NCBI GenBank assembly: GCA_023213395.1 | Contig: CM041465.1 | Span: forward strand, 137,709,741 to 137,773,740 | DNA length: 64,000 nt | Origin: Cycas panzhihuaensis | Lineage: Eukaryota; Plantae; Cycadophyta | Direction of reading: 5' to 3' | Shown: positions 49,818 through 64,000 of the stretch, in pieces | Position numbering within the stretch: the stretch's first letter is position 1 | How the letters are laid out: every line of letters begins with the position of its first letter | The notes under the pieces: generated by a model | The model's database searches: none | The model's input: the letters and a program-made list of their open reading frames with translations, nothing else | What the model was told of the DNA's origin: nothing | Position numbers and translations under genes: made by a program

Positions 49818-52800
49818 TCCTCCCTTAATATTGACTTTAAGAGGGGTATAAAAAAGGCATCATTATTTCAACCCCTACTTGATGATTTTAGTTATTTCAA
49901 GGATTTGTTAAAGCTTGCTAAACTTGTCATTGGCAAGTGGTTTGGTGAAGACATCTACAATCTGCTATTCCAAAGGATAAATTTCCAACTAAATAGTTCC
50001 ATTACTAATCAGGTCATATATAAAAAATATGTATAGTTCAATATACTTAATCTTTGAGTAATGTGCATGATTACTGATAACATAAATAACTCTTTAATTA
50101 TCAATATGTAATATGATTAACATTTTCAAGGAAAAACCAATTTCATCAAGTAAAGGTTTGATCCACAAAGTTTCTTTGATTAACTTAACTAATGTATGAT
50201 ATTTAGCCTTAATAATAGAAAGAGTAAGATATTATATCTTCACGTTGAACTATATGATAGGACCAGAACCAAGATGAAAAATATAACTTGTTGTTGACTT
50301 TCTTCCACTAATCACCTGTCTAATTAAAATCTGAATAGCTAATCAACTCAAAATCACCATCAAATTATTCATATTAAAGATCATGATGGATAATACCTTA
50401 AAGATATTGTAGAAATTTCTTAACATCATTACAGTAAGATTCATAAGGGTCCCACATAAATCGAGAATAAACACCAATTGCGTATGAGATGTTAACTCGA
50501 GTATGTCTAATATATCAAATTATTAAGTAATTACTAATATAAAATAACCTTAATTAGGGGAGAATCATAAATGATGTTGAGTTTTACTCCACTTAAAAAT
50601 GAGTAAGGGTAGGCTTGCAAGCATCCATTTTAAATTTCTTAAGTAAATCTATAATGTAGTTAGGTTGTGAAATTGAAAGACTACTATTTATTTGAAGCAC
50701 TTGAAATTTAAGAAAATAACAAAGTAAGCCAAAATCAATCATCTCAAAATTATTCTTCATGTCATTCTTGATATATAAATAGAAGTAGTATTATAACTAA
50801 TGATAACCATATCATCTACATAAATAACTAGAAGTGTAATCTTATTATCTTGACATCAAAAATAGAGATTGGAATCACTCACACATCTAGAAAATCCATG
50901 ATTAATAAGATAATGATACTTATTAATTTTTTTTTTAAATATTTAGCCTTAAATGCTTGTTTCAAACAATACAAAGACTTCTTGGATTTACAAACTAGAT
51001 CATAACTAAATTCATAATTAGGAGGTTAGACCATGCAACTTTGCTCTTTAAGATCATAATTTAAGAAAGATTTTTTGACATCTGTTTGATGAAATTACAA
51101 TATAAATTTAATATCCAAAGAAATAAAAAACTTGATAATATTTATTTTAGTAATCATAGGAAAAGTCTCAATATAATTAACTTTATCGATTTCTAAGAAA
51201 CCTCTAGTTACCAATCTACCTTTATATTTCTTAATATCATAATCAAAATAAAATTTTGTTTAATAGACCTATTTGCAACTAGGTTCTTATATAGGGGGAA
51301 AACATTGCCTCTTATATAAATTTTTTTATCAAAGCATCATACTACTCAACCATAGTAGCATTCTAAAAGGGATTGTCTTTAACTTCATCAAAAGATTCAG
51401 AGTCTTCAAGTTCTATTTCCTTGTCCATAAGAGCATAATTAGCTTGAAGCATTTAAGTAAAAGTCCTTTTAGGAGTGAAAGAATTATACATATCAAAATT
51501 AATTATGGTAAGTGTTTTTTGAAACCATTTAGGTTGTCTTTGAGTATTTGAAGTTTCAACATCTAAATTTACATTATGAGAATTAGCTAAATCATATTAA
51601 TGGCCACCACAAATGTGAGAGATAGAAGGAGAAGAAATATGACCACTTGAGATAGAAATACTTGAGCCAAAAGTAATGCCAGGAGATGGAATATGAGTAA
51701 TGTTATTTATAAGAGGAAGTAAAGAAGCACTAACATACTCATGAGAAGGATAAATATATAAACCATTCTCATCAACCTTAGCATAATGCTTAATAAATAC
51801 TTTATTAGAAGTAGGATCAAAGTGTTTATACATTTTATACTCTTTACTACAACTTATAAAGATATATCTTGTACTTTTTTAATCTAATATTTTCCTTCAT
51901 TTATTAGAAATATAAGGTTGTAGAACACTACAAAAGATCTAGAGATATGGCACTATAGGTTTCCTACTCAACTATTTTTCTTCAAGTTTAATGTCAAAAA
52001 CAATACTAACATGTAGATGATTTAATAGATAATTAGTACAAATGATGATTTCAACCCATAATTTTAGTTCTAAGCCCTTAAAATATAATATGTAATATGC
52101 CATTTTAACAAGAGTTATGTTTTTCTTCCATCCTACACCATTTTATTGAGGGTATATATAATAGAATATCGAAAATGAATGTCATTCTTCTTTCCAAGGC
52201 TTCAACATATTGATTTTATAACCAAATTGATTCTAGAAAAGGGGTTTGAATTTAAGAAATCTATCAAACAAATCACTTTTTTGTTTAAGAATATAAATTC
52301 AATATTTATATGAAAAATCATCAATGAAAGTAAGTAGATATTTTCTTCTTAATATAGAAGTTACTTGAAATGGTCCACAAATATTAAAGTGTATCAACTC
52401 AAGAGAATATTAGGCTTTAAAAATAACCTCAGGAAATAAAGAATCTATGTGACGTTTCTTATAATACATTCCTCAAAGGCATAATATATTATGGAAAGAT
52501 TATGCAATAACTATATTATGCTTTTGTAAAATATTTAATTACCCATAGTTGATATTACCAAATAAAAAATGTTATAACTTATTAAAAGAATCAAAATAAG
52601 CAATGTATGAAGAAAAAACAAATCTCATACCATATTCTTAAACATCATACCTTCTACTAGTCCATTCATATCATATGGGTTATATAAACCATTGTTATGA
52701 TCATTAGTACCTGAAGTAATAACAACCTTATAACGATCTCCGTAATTCCTTTTTTACAAAACCTTTTTTTTGTAAATTCAACCTTATAAATTTTTTGACA

Positions 52801-52840
52801 AAGTTGGTAAACAAAGAGAAGATTGGATTTGAAACCCAAT
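49818..52840 (-). mobile_element. Highly degenerate Ty1/copia pol (INT-RT-RH) with PPT
   Basis: On -: IVDVFTKPL RNaseH; LVIYVDDMV RT; YKGRLVTRGF; ICGPFQV integrase; PPT ATTAAGGGAGGA followed by TG at 49817. Confidence 0.8.
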
Positions 52841-52843
52841 AGA

Positions 52844-55800
52844 TGTTGGAATAATGCCTATATTAGGGCACACATCCACCTTGGGGAGATTACACATATT
52901 AGGGTGATAAGATAGATTGATGGAGATATTATGGTTGCAACATGTTAGGTGTTTGTTAATACCAGTCGATGATAGACCTTGAGAGGTGTGATGAATCCCT
53001 CTTAGTCTCACTTATTTATTCAAGTGGTTCAAAGAACTTGGTATTCATCAACACCACCATTCTCACGTAATGTTGGTAGTGCCTTCTCTTACATTTTATT
53101 TTGCTCCCTTTATCCCCTAATTCCATCATTTGGTATCAAAGCTATCGTTTAGGTATTCAAATCCATCATTTAAGTGTTCAAAGTAACATTTGGATGAGCC
53201 ATTTATGAAGGAGTTCGTCACATGCACTAGTATATGTATGATTTCTCATTTATTTATATACACGCTTTCCTTCTTTTGTTTAACCTATTTATCATTTATT
53301 ACTTGAATCTCAATCACTTCTAATAGGCACTAGTACTTATGCATTTATATGTGATTTACTCTGTTCTCTTAATCTCTCCATGAACAACTCGTATTTACAT
53401 CCTTGAGTCTTTACGAAAATAATGGAACCTATTCATTTCCATTTAAAAGTCTACTTGAGAACCTGTTAAGGCCCATCTTAAATATACATCACAGTCTAAT
53501 TTTTTTGCTCCAATTTCTATTTTAGGTATGCTTTAGCTCATTTGTCTCTAGTTCTGTCTACATCTATTGTTCATGTGTGGATACTTATGACTCCCATTTT
53601 TTGAGTGAAATCTTATGTACTTATACTACTCTATTAATTGCATTAAGGATTTATAAGAAACCTATGATTGAAAGCCATAAACCACATTTGTGGATTCTTT
53701 TTATCTATGCCCTTCATTATTGTTCTAATTTTATCTATTTTATTGGATCAATAGTTGTATTTATATACAACACAAATTCACAAAAACTACCTTTTACATT
53801 TTTACACATCCCAATTGTAATAAAACATCCCATTGAGGCAGAGTAGGGATTGCATACGTAAATATAGCCATGGTAGGTTGACTCCCTCCAAAGGGATAAA
53901 ACTTATCTATGTCTTCCCTATCCTCGCCATTATCGTTGTCCCACAAAGATTAAAAATAGACTATGTAGTAAGGTGTAGGTCTTATAAATAATTATGCGAT
54001 CTTTTTTTGTCTATCCTTGTAATGATTGCATGAAAAATAGTACACAGATCCCATTAACATCAATGTGGATTTCATAATATTTACACACAATATTTACATC
54101 TACCTTATTCCTTAACTTTATAAAGTATTTACACATTTTTTTCCTAAGTATTTACATGTAAACTTTTATTTGCATTTTTTGCCCCTACGATATTTAAATG
54201 TTTGTGCCCACTTTTTTGCATAAGATATGATAGCTGCATCTATCTTGATCTTGTCAGTTTGTAGTCTTTGCAATTCATATATACTTAAGTATTTTATATT
54301 AATGATTGGTATTATCGACACCATCAGTTGACTGAATATATCAAGTCACTCACGCATTTATTCCAATATGTTTATTTCAAGCGTCGTGGGCTTATACATC
54401 TTGGCTTGCATAATGATAAGCATATACTGTACAATGATAGTAATGATTTTATAAGACCATGTTTAAGTGTTTAATGCCATGGAAAAATCTCCTTTCTTGC
54501 TCTTGAGCATCATATGCTTGACTAAGATAGTCTCAAGTTACATGATTATTTCAATGTGTTATTTGAATTATTTGTATATATCTCTAGCAAATCCTTTGGT
54601 TGCATATTTAATCTACAAGTCATATTCAATGCACAAGTGACTAAAAGATCATTTTTTTCAAAGGGGCTAATTTATTTTTCAAGGAGTCTATATCGAAACA
54701 AGTACTTATTTTTGCTTCAGTAGTGATATCAATCACTAACAAGGGTCATTTTAAGTTCTACTAGCTCTAAAGCATTCTACACTTCCCCCCAAACAAAATG
54801 AGTGGTCCTATGGCTATGTTTGGTCTTTATTTGATAATATTTTTAATGACTGAAAGTTGATGTAAAGTTTCTTTGTAGTTCATGTACTAAAGGGCTCTTT
54901 ATCCTTCTTAACCTTCTTATACTTTTTAATACATAACTTGGTCATATAAAGTTAGAATTGAGTGTCATTTGAGGTGTTAGGCTCATATTTTAATGCCCTA
55001 TTGAGTGGATGATCTTTTAAATTTTTTCGAAGTTATTTGATGTAATATTTTATTAACTAAAGTTGATGCTAATTTTAGACTTCTTATAAGATGACCCTTA
55101 AAATAAATATAGCAAAAATTTAGTTTGTAATCATCATTAATATAAAAATCTTGCTTTGAAGGAGGTTAAGTCCCAATTAGGACACTTGTGCATGTCTTAA
55201 AGATGAAAAAGTACAAGTTTTATTTGTGGTTTTAAGTGTCTTTATTACCTTGTTTAAATGATTTTTAATATTTCTTTTCAAGTACTTTACTTTTTTAAAT
55301 AATTTATTTTTAAGGTAATTTTCTTCATTATGGCCTCAAGTATAAGTAATGTAATGGTGCTAAAGTTTAATGGTACTAACTTTTTGAATTGGAGTAGAAG
55401 AATGAAATCCATTTTTGTATCTAAGCATATGTGGGACTTGATTAAAACAGGTTATGGAGCACTTGAAGCCAATACCACTTAAGACCAAAATATGACCTAT
55501 AAGGAGAATAAAAAGTAGGATAATGGAGCTTTTATGTTTATCTTATGTGCATTGGAGGATTATATTTTTCCAAGGGTGAGTGAAGCATCTACATCAAAAG
55601 AGGTGTGGGATGTATTGAACACCACTTATGAAGGAGCAACTACATCAAAACTCCAAATATTAAGGAGTAAGTTTGAGAAGTGAATGACTTCATAACAAAA
55701 ATCTAAGGCCTAGTCAATCAAATAAAGGCTTTAAGAGAAGTTATTACCGAGGAAAGAGTGGTCGAGAAGATCTTGAGATGTGTTAGTAATATTAAAAGAT

Positions 55801-58800
55801 TTAAGATGGTTGCCATAAGTATTGAGATCTCCAAGGGCCTTACTACCCTCAAAATTGATTAATTGAGTATAATGCTACATGTTGTTGAGGAGAAAAAAGA
55901 GAGAAGTAAATTTCTAGAGCATGTATTTACCAGTAAGGTAAATATAATGCCTACGTTTTAAGGACAAATTTCTAAGGGAAGATGATAATCTCCTAGAAGA
56001 AGAGGTCAATGACCTAGAATCAAAATTAATTTTATCAAAGATAAGATTAAGCTTATCAAGGGCAAGGATAATATCATCAAGGATAAAGCCATTTTCATCA
56101 AGGTCAAAATCAATTTCAAAGTCAAGGATAAAGATATTTTCAAGGCTAATTTAATCAAGGCCACAGACAAAATTATGGACCTTAAGGAAGAGGTAAAGGC
56201 CAAAGTCAAAGAGGTAGAAACTGAAGATAAAGAGGAAGAAGTCATAAGGGTAGAGGAACAATCCAATGTTCCTATTACCATAAAATTGGGCACTTAGAAG
56301 AAAATTATTTTACAAAAAGATTTAATTTAGAAAAGGGACTTTTAATATAATTATTAAAGAAAGGAAAAATGAAAGACTTTTTCTATAAAGTTTAATGGCA
56401 AATGAGGAAGAAGGCAATTGGTATAAAGACTTAGGATGTTCTACATTATGATACATAGAGAAGAGTGGTTGGAAGAATTAGATAACACTAAAAGAAGTAA
56501 TATTATGTTTAGTAACAATACCACTCAAACTGTAGTTGGCAAAGGAAACATTTCCATACAAATAGATTTTGGAGAAATAAGGTGTATTAATAATATACTT
56601 TAGATCCCAGTACTAAAAAAAAAAATTGTTATAAGTATGATAAATGATTGAGTAAAAGTACAAGGTAATATTTGATAATAGAGAGTGCACAATCAAAGAT
56701 AAGCCAAGGAATAAAGTAATAGTAGCTAAGGGACAAATGACTAGTGATAAATTATTCAAACTAATTATCCCCCTAATTGATTATTATGCCTTAAAGGTTT
56801 CAACCAATATGGATAATAAAATATGACCCAAAAGACTTGGCCATATGAACTATAATAGTTTGGACTTAATGAAAAATATAGAAATGGTGATAGGACTACC
56901 TAATATTAAACATGATCAGGAATTGTGTGAAGAGCGTATACTTAGTAAACAATAAAGGGACAGATTCCTTAATGAAAGTTATAAGGCCAATGGGCATCTT
57001 TAATTAGTATATACAGATTTATGTGGTCTAATGGATGTGGCTTTACTTAGAGGACTCCAGTGTTTCATGATATTCAATGATGATTTCATAAGGATAACTT
57101 AGATCTTTTTTCTCAAGTTCAAGTTAGATGCACTCTAATCCTTCAAAAGTATGGTTAAAAGATAAAGTGGAGTTAAAATTTTAACCTTAAGATTAGATAA
57201 TAAGGGAGAATCTATTTTAAATAATTTTAAAGATTATTGTAAATATTTTTGGGATAAGAAATATTTTAAAGATTTTTTATAAATATTTAATAGGGTTGCA
57301 GAAAGAAAGATCAAGACTATTATTAAGATGGCAAGAAGTATATTTAAGGATAAGCATCAAGGTAATGAATATTGGGCATAAGCTTTATATATAATTATTT
57401 ATTTGTTGAATAAGTATACCACTAAAGTAGTGAGATGGGTTTCACCTATAAAAGCTTTAACATGTTACAATCCAAGTATTAAACACTTAAGAGTTTTTGG
57501 ATGCATAGTTCATGCACATATCCTAGAATAAAAGAGGACAAAATTAAATGATAAGAGTACCAAGTGGATATTTATAAGATATAGTGACGCTTATAAATCC
57601 TATAAACTTTATGATCCAAGAGGTAAAAGAATTATTATAAGTAGGGATGTCATCTTCAAAGAAGATGAATTCTATTAAGAAGAAGTTATTAAAAAAGACA
57701 AAGGTAAAAATATCATGGTTAAAGTGGACTTTAACTCAAGTGGTACAAATGTACCTAATGTAAATAAAACAAGACCCTCTACTTCAAATCAAAGGGTCTC
57801 TAAATAGATATAAAGGGCTCATAACCCTTAAAACATCTTAGACAATAACTTTAAGAGAAGAACTACAAGATCTAAAAGGATGAACTTTCTATTTATGACT
57901 TAAGTTATGGAGTCTAATGAGCCTCATAACTTTGAAGAGGCAAATAATCAAGATGAATAAAAAAAAATAATAGAGGAAGAGTATAATACCTTAGTGAAAA
58001 ATAACATATCAGAGTTAATAGATTTGCCACCTAATAGGAATGATATTAGAACAAAATAGGTCTATAAGACCAAGTATAAATCAGATATGCCTATTAATAA
58101 ATATAAGATAAGAAAAGACTATGCTCAAATTGAGTGCATAAATTATAATGAGACATTTACACTTATTGCAAGGTTAGAAATAGTTAGGTTAATCACAGCC
58201 TTAGCTACACAATAATATTAGATAATATATCAAATGGATGTGAAAAGTGCCTTCTTGAATGGCTATGTAGATGAGAAGATTTATTTTCAACAACCTAAGG
58301 GGTTTGAAGTGAAAGGAGAAGAAGACAAGGTCTACAAACTTTAAAAGGCCTTATATGGACTCAAGTAAGCACATAGAGCATGGTACTTTAGGATTGATAA
58401 GTATTTTAAAGATAAAGGATTTCAAAGAAGCTAATCAGACCCTGATTCATATATAAAATGGAAGGAAGCTTAGTACTAATTATGGGATTATATGTGGATG
58501 TCCACATATATATTGGGAACTATGATTATTTATCCTAAAAGTTTAAGAAATATATGTGCAAAGAATATGAGATGACATAACTGGGACTTATGCATTACTT
58601 CTTAAGCATAGAAGTATGATAGGATAAAAAGGAGATATTTGTTTTCTAAAGGAAATACACATTAGATATATTGCACAAGTTTAATATTAGTAGTCGTAAG
58701 CCATTTATAATACCAGTAGAGGTTGGGTTGAAATTATCCAACTTTGAGGAATTAGAATTAGTTGATCCTACACTTTATAGGTAATTAATTGGGAGCTTAA

Positions 58801-60123
58801 TTTACTTGACTTCAAATTGACTAAACATTATGTATGCAATCAATGCAGTTTCTAGATTTATGCATCAAATTAAGCTAAAACATTGGCAAGTAACTAAAAG
58901 GATTCTCAGGTATCTTAGAGGTGCTATTAGATATAGGTTACATTATAGGTGATCAGGGGATTATAGGTTGATTGGCTATATATACTTAGAATGGGTAGGT
59001 TGTATAGATGAAAGGAAATTTACTTCAGGATATATATTAAGTTTGGGTTTAGCAATAATAACATAGAGTTCAAAGTAGCAATTAATAATATCTATTTCTA
59101 CTGTAATAACATAGTATAAAGCAACTATAATAGGAGTTTGTGATATAGTTCAGCTTAGAAGATTCTTCAAGATTTATAGGAAAAATAGGTTGGTCCCCTA
59201 TGACGGGGTTAATGTTCCTCACCTAACTCCCACCTTAAAAACATGTGAGTGCACACTTCTTCATGGTAAATAAGGTAAGATTATTTTATTGTGCATTATT
59301 ATTATTTTATATTATTTTAAATTAGAAGTTGAGGACGTTTCCCTCCTTTCTCAAAAGTATATATCTTATGGCGTTCTAAACCCTAGTATTCATCAACACC
59401 ACCAACTATTGGAAATCTAATGTATTCTCTTCACAATGGGTTAATACAATGCTACTTCACAAGTGTACTTTGAATATGGCTTGAGTTACATGATTTCACC
59501 TAGTACTTTGAGTAATTCTAACATGTTATTAGAGGTGTGATCAAATTCCAACATGGTATCAGAGTACTTTAGTAAATTCTAACATTCCATAGTTACTTTA
59601 TGATAATTAAAGCACCATTTAGATGATTAGAAATCTAATGTTTCATGTTAGGACAAAGCACCTTAAAACACACTATCACTTCATCAAAGAGATGGTATAA
59701 CAAGGTGAATTAAAATTGGTTTATTACAATACTAAAGAACATATGACAAACATATTCATAAAGGCACTTGGTAAAATAACGTTTATTAAATTTAGAGATA
59801 AACTTGGAATTTTCCCAAATAGGCATTATGGGGGAGAAATGATTGAATAATGCCCATATTGGGATATGTATCCTCCTTGGGGAGATTACCATAATGGGAT
59901 TATAACTTAGATCAATGGAGATATTATTGTGGCAGCATGTCAGGTGTTTATCAATGGCAATCGGCAATAGACCTTAAGAGATATGCTAAATCTCTCTTGG
60001 TCCCACTTATTTATTCAAGGGGTCTAAAGACCCTAGGGTTTATCAACACTACTATTCTTATGGAATGTTGGTAGTGCCCTCTCTTGCATTTTATTCTACT
60101 CCTTTTCTCTCTTGATTCCATCA
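52844..60123 (+). mobile_element. Full-length but decayed Ty1/copia element with paired LTRs
   Basis: LTRs 52844-53128 and 59840-60123 are homologous (TG...CCATCA). PBS TGGTATCAAAGC 53131-53142; PPT ATGGGGGAGAAA; TSD ATAGA/ATACA. gag from MASSISNVMVLKFNGTNF at 55330; YTDLCGLM, LRVFGC, YQMDVKSAFLNG, LYVD and FHVRTKH motifs. Confidence 0.9.
59200..59585 (+). mobile_element. LTR-like insertion with Met-PBS interrupting the Copia RNaseH
   Basis: The RNaseH frame stops near 59200 and resumes at about 59590 (LLYDN*STI). ...TTCCAACA is followed by TGGTATCAGAG at 59554-59564. Confidence 0.6.
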
Positions 60124-62449
60124 ATACACATTATATATTATTAATAGATTTATTTTTTACTGTAATATTATGTTAAAATATTATTTTTTATGGTTATTGA
60201 TATAATATTGATATAGTGATGATTGATTAATGTGAAAGGTTCTCTAATAATCTGATAAATTGATGTAATAATGAAATATAATTAGATGATGATATGGTGA
60301 CACTTCTATATAAGGGTAACACATATTAAAAAGAAAATTAGATCACCTCCTCCTCCTTATATCGATAAGATGACTTACCATGTGGATCATTGATTATTTT
60401 TTCTTAGTATAAGATCTCATATATATTTAGAGGTCATTTTTTCATTTATGGGTTTTTACGCTAAACATAGTATCACATGTGGTGTTTGTATAATTGACCC
60501 TTTTTTCTTAGCCTTATTCATTTATTGTGTTTATTATATGCTTAATTAATCATACAATTATATTTTCTTTTGCTTGATTATAGCCTTCTACATAAGTTAT
60601 TTTAGAAAATTTAAATGGTATTAGAGCTAATATAAAGTACAGGGCACATGTAAAGATCATATTGAGATGTTAAATCAGAGTTGCATAATAGAAGTAAAAG
60701 ACAAACTAACTAGTAAAATGTTAAAGTCCATACATACACGGTGATGATCTTTGTCATCTAGGGATGATCCATGCATGCATTATGAGAGCTAATACTAAAC
60801 CAAAAATGAGTGAGTATCATAATCCAATATCAAACTAATTTGATAAGTAAAAAACTAGGATATAATGAGGAGATGTGACTATATATTAATGGTAAGATAA
60901 AAGTGTTAAAGTTATGACAATAGTAAAAACTTGATTATTTCATTGATATGGACAATTATTTATGTACATAGACCTATACTCTAGATATATAGAATTTTAT
61001 CAAGTTAATAATAATATGGAGAAGATTCTACGCTACTTAAAAAGACCAAAACATGCCTACATAACCTATTAAATTGACAGAGAGTTGATACAAGAGACAT
61101 GTATAACTGTAGATATAGTGTTTGAAATTGATTTAGTCTTGTGGATATTGTTGCAAGCATTCAAATGGGGATTCACTACCACATCAAGCCATTTCCTTGG
61201 TATCTTAATATGATTGTTCCCTATTGAATTTGTTACATTATGAGATTAATGTAGTGTTGATAGGTACGGAGTAAGAAATTAAGTATTTGAGTCTTATATT
61301 AATATGTTGAATTTATTATTATTGTTTTTGTATTATTGAGTTACTTACAAAAATTACTATGAGGGGGCATTATTCAATATGTTTAAGGAGATAAATTTGA
61401 TACTAGGGTTTGAGGTGACTAGTAGTGATGTTATGAGTGTTTGAAATGTTTAGTGTATGATGGGTAACAATTATTATTCATTTATATTTGCTTACACTAT
61501 TGGGCACATAATCTTTTCATTGGTCATAGTATATAGGCACATAGATATTATGAAGATATTGTAGGTTGTAGAATATTATTGAGCATCACAATAGACATCA
61601 TAAATAAGGGTTATAATAATCATAAATAAGGGTCATTTATGTAAGGTTACAAACTAAATAAGGATGCTTGTTAATAAAGTTTTGGGTAGAGAATATATAT
61701 ATAATTTTGTATTGATCTAATTTATCATGATGGTCTCATGAGAGATCTCCTTAAGTGGAGTTTAGAAATCTAGTGAAATCATCAGAGTTTAAAATTTAGC
61801 TAATGAGTATTATCAACATGCACATTGAAGAAATAAATAGATAAAGTCCTATTAAGGCAAGTATTTTTTCAATCTATTATTTGAGGTTGCCTAACAAAAA
61901 TGAAGTTTCCCAATGCCATTAGTTCAAATTTGCCATACAAGTTTAAAAGGTGAATCTACAAGCATTGCATCCAAAAATGCATATGCCCATAGGTTTGTAA
62001 CCTAACACATAGAAAATTTACTCACATGTCACTTTGAAACACTCATGGAAGAAATTACATGGAGCTCAACTAAAGATACTCACACCCATAAAAGAAATCA
62101 ACATAAATTCACCACCTATTGCTCCTCCATAATTGTAAATACATAAATGTTTTCATATGACATTAATTATATAAAGAGAACTATAGAGATATTGCCCAAA
62201 AAATTGTCATAAAGAAATCCTAAATGACAACATAACAATATGATATAAAATTTATTTTTTATAATGTTTTGATGATATTTCATAAAATTGGATATTTGTG
62301 TGAAGTCCGCCCAAGTCCCCTTCATAAACCCATATGGTCACATGGAATGAATAACACGACCACAAGTGAAATGATGAAGGTGCTTAACATCATTTGTTGA
62401 TATGTTTCAATTTTATATGACATACTACTTTTCATTGCATAACTTCTTC

Positions 62450-63400
62450 ATACGAAACCAAATTTGAGTGCTATCAATTGCATTGGAAAGAAGATTTAGT
62501 CAAAATCACAACAAATAGTTGCAAGGTATATTTTGGAGATCACATCATGGAAATTTTAATAGGTAAAGTTGAGCAAGTTATTTTTTGCATACTAAAAGGT
62601 TAATTTTTTGAATAGTTTGAGATATGATTTAGCATTTTTTTTAATGATTTTAAAAGCTCACGAGTATGTAGTGATAAAAATAAAAGTGTAATGATAAATT
62701 TAGATATAATTTTTATTGAAAAGTTGTAAAAAGTGACACATTAAGACTCATTTATGATATATTAGAGGTTAAAAATTTAAAAATTTTCATTATGAAACAT
62801 GCGATAACTTGAAATAACGATAACAAATACATCTTAGGCTTGATATTGATCCCATAAATGAAATGACACATGGTTGATGGAATAATGACCAATCACTTGG
62901 TTTAATACATGATTGCATAAAAGACAATAAGCACTTATTAGTTTATTTAAATGAATTAAATGATGAGAAAAGGATAAAGGACACCACTTGGTTATTTGAG
63001 AGAACTTGGAAGTTTGATTACTGATTGAGAAAAGCTGTTTGGTTGAGTTATAATTAAGTTTGCCACTTGATATAATATGTTGAGGAGTCTTGCAAGCTTG
63101 TTTGTTTAAGAAATTGATAATAATGAATGCAAATTATTTATAAAACTAGGTTCAAATATTGAGCAATCCAACTAATATATGTTTTTACAATTAGAAGTCT
63201 TATCATCCCATACGATAAGAGATATGGAAATACATTGTACATATTACCTTATTATAGTTAGCTTGATAGGCCAAGTGGTATGACCCATTCCTAGAGTTGG
63301 TTGTTTTGAGAAAAGTTGTTTGAGTGATTTATTATCAAATAAAGCTATATAGGGTTAAGTTTTCTTATATCTCATAAACAAAATGTGAGAAAATATTCAT
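62450..63400 (+). mobile_element. Possible highly decayed hAT transposase remnant
   Basis: Collinear remnants FWRS, TCDN..ND and LDID..K*NDTWLM resemble hAT D-W-S, T-DNA-N and DV-TRWNST motifs; weak. Confidence 0.3.
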
Positions 63401-63816
63401 GAATTACTCTTATTGCAATATATTTCACTAACTATAATATGTTATATTTGTTTCTGTAAAGCTAATGAACCATATATAAGAAATGCTTCTTAGATAACTA
63501 ATGATTGTAGTAGTTAATTACCCATCTATTTTAGTAGATGGTTGTTATTTTATATGAATATTAGTTTTTAGTTTTATTAATGAGTTTATTTTATAGCTTA
63601 CGAGTGGAAGATATGAAATTATTAAGATAAAAGTTTAGATATTATGATAAGTTAAGAGTCATGCTTATTTGATTATTAGTTTACAGATGGTAGTGTGATA
63701 TATTTTTATGATATGAGATGTAATTTACTTGTAGTAGATAAGTTTGGGAAAAAGAGGTTTGATAATTGATACTTATAGGTAATATAAATATATAAATGAG
63801 CAAATGATCTAGCATG

Positions 63817-64000
63817 TGCTGGAATAATGTCTATTGGAGCTTGTATTCACCTAGGGTTTGTTACCCATATTGGAGAGATAACCAAGATATTAATAGAGAT
63901 ATTATTGTGACTCTTTGTCAGAGCCTAGCTATACATAATTGCACCTTGTCAGATATTGGCATCATCCATTCTAATATTTACCAATGTTAGTCAATGGTAA
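63817..64000 (+). mobile_element. Start of a third LTR related to 52844 and 59840
   Basis: tgctggaataatgtctat...ggagagat.acc...agagatattattgtg matches the start of that LTR family. Confidence 0.55.

Noticed and set aside
56006-56293. 95-aa Leu/Ser-rich minus-strand ORF
   Set aside because: Antisense of the Gln/Gly/Arg-rich Copia gag region preceding the zinc knuckle.
60600-61400. Small decayed LTR element (PBS-like TGGTATTAGAGC, EKILR gag-like word, PPT-like tract)
   Set aside because: LTR pair and boundaries could not be established.

Overview
Eukaryotic, plant-type and TE-saturated DNA; the AT-rich, heavily decayed nested LTR elements suggest a large genome, possibly a gymnosperm (inference). 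I found no intact host gene. Host-derived sequence is an LRR receptor-like protein (RLP) pseudogene in two same-strand pieces about 38 kb apart: signal peptide, LRRNT cap and first intron at 46925-47387, and the C-terminal LRRs, acidic juxtamembrane region and TM at 6950-8588. The most notable element is a Tat/Ogre-like Ty3/gypsy copy at about 8590-16302 (-). Its protease runs in frame into the integrase C-tail, so RT, RNaseH and the integrase core are absent. It carries an antisense, apparently intron-containing Plant Mobile Domain (PMD) plus coiled-coil gene. A second diverged gag-protease copy lies at 18180-21600 and a related LTR at about 550-2700. A young tandem array of 422-bp TRIM-like units, bounded by 46-bp inverted termini assembled from pieces of the unit, sits exactly at the RLP exon-2 breakpoint (45540-46927). 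The rest comprises a decayed chromovirus pol, three decayed Copia elements, a complete 782-bp TRIM nested in a Copia integrase motif, LINE remnants, a possible hAT remnant, short LTRs and local tandem repeats.
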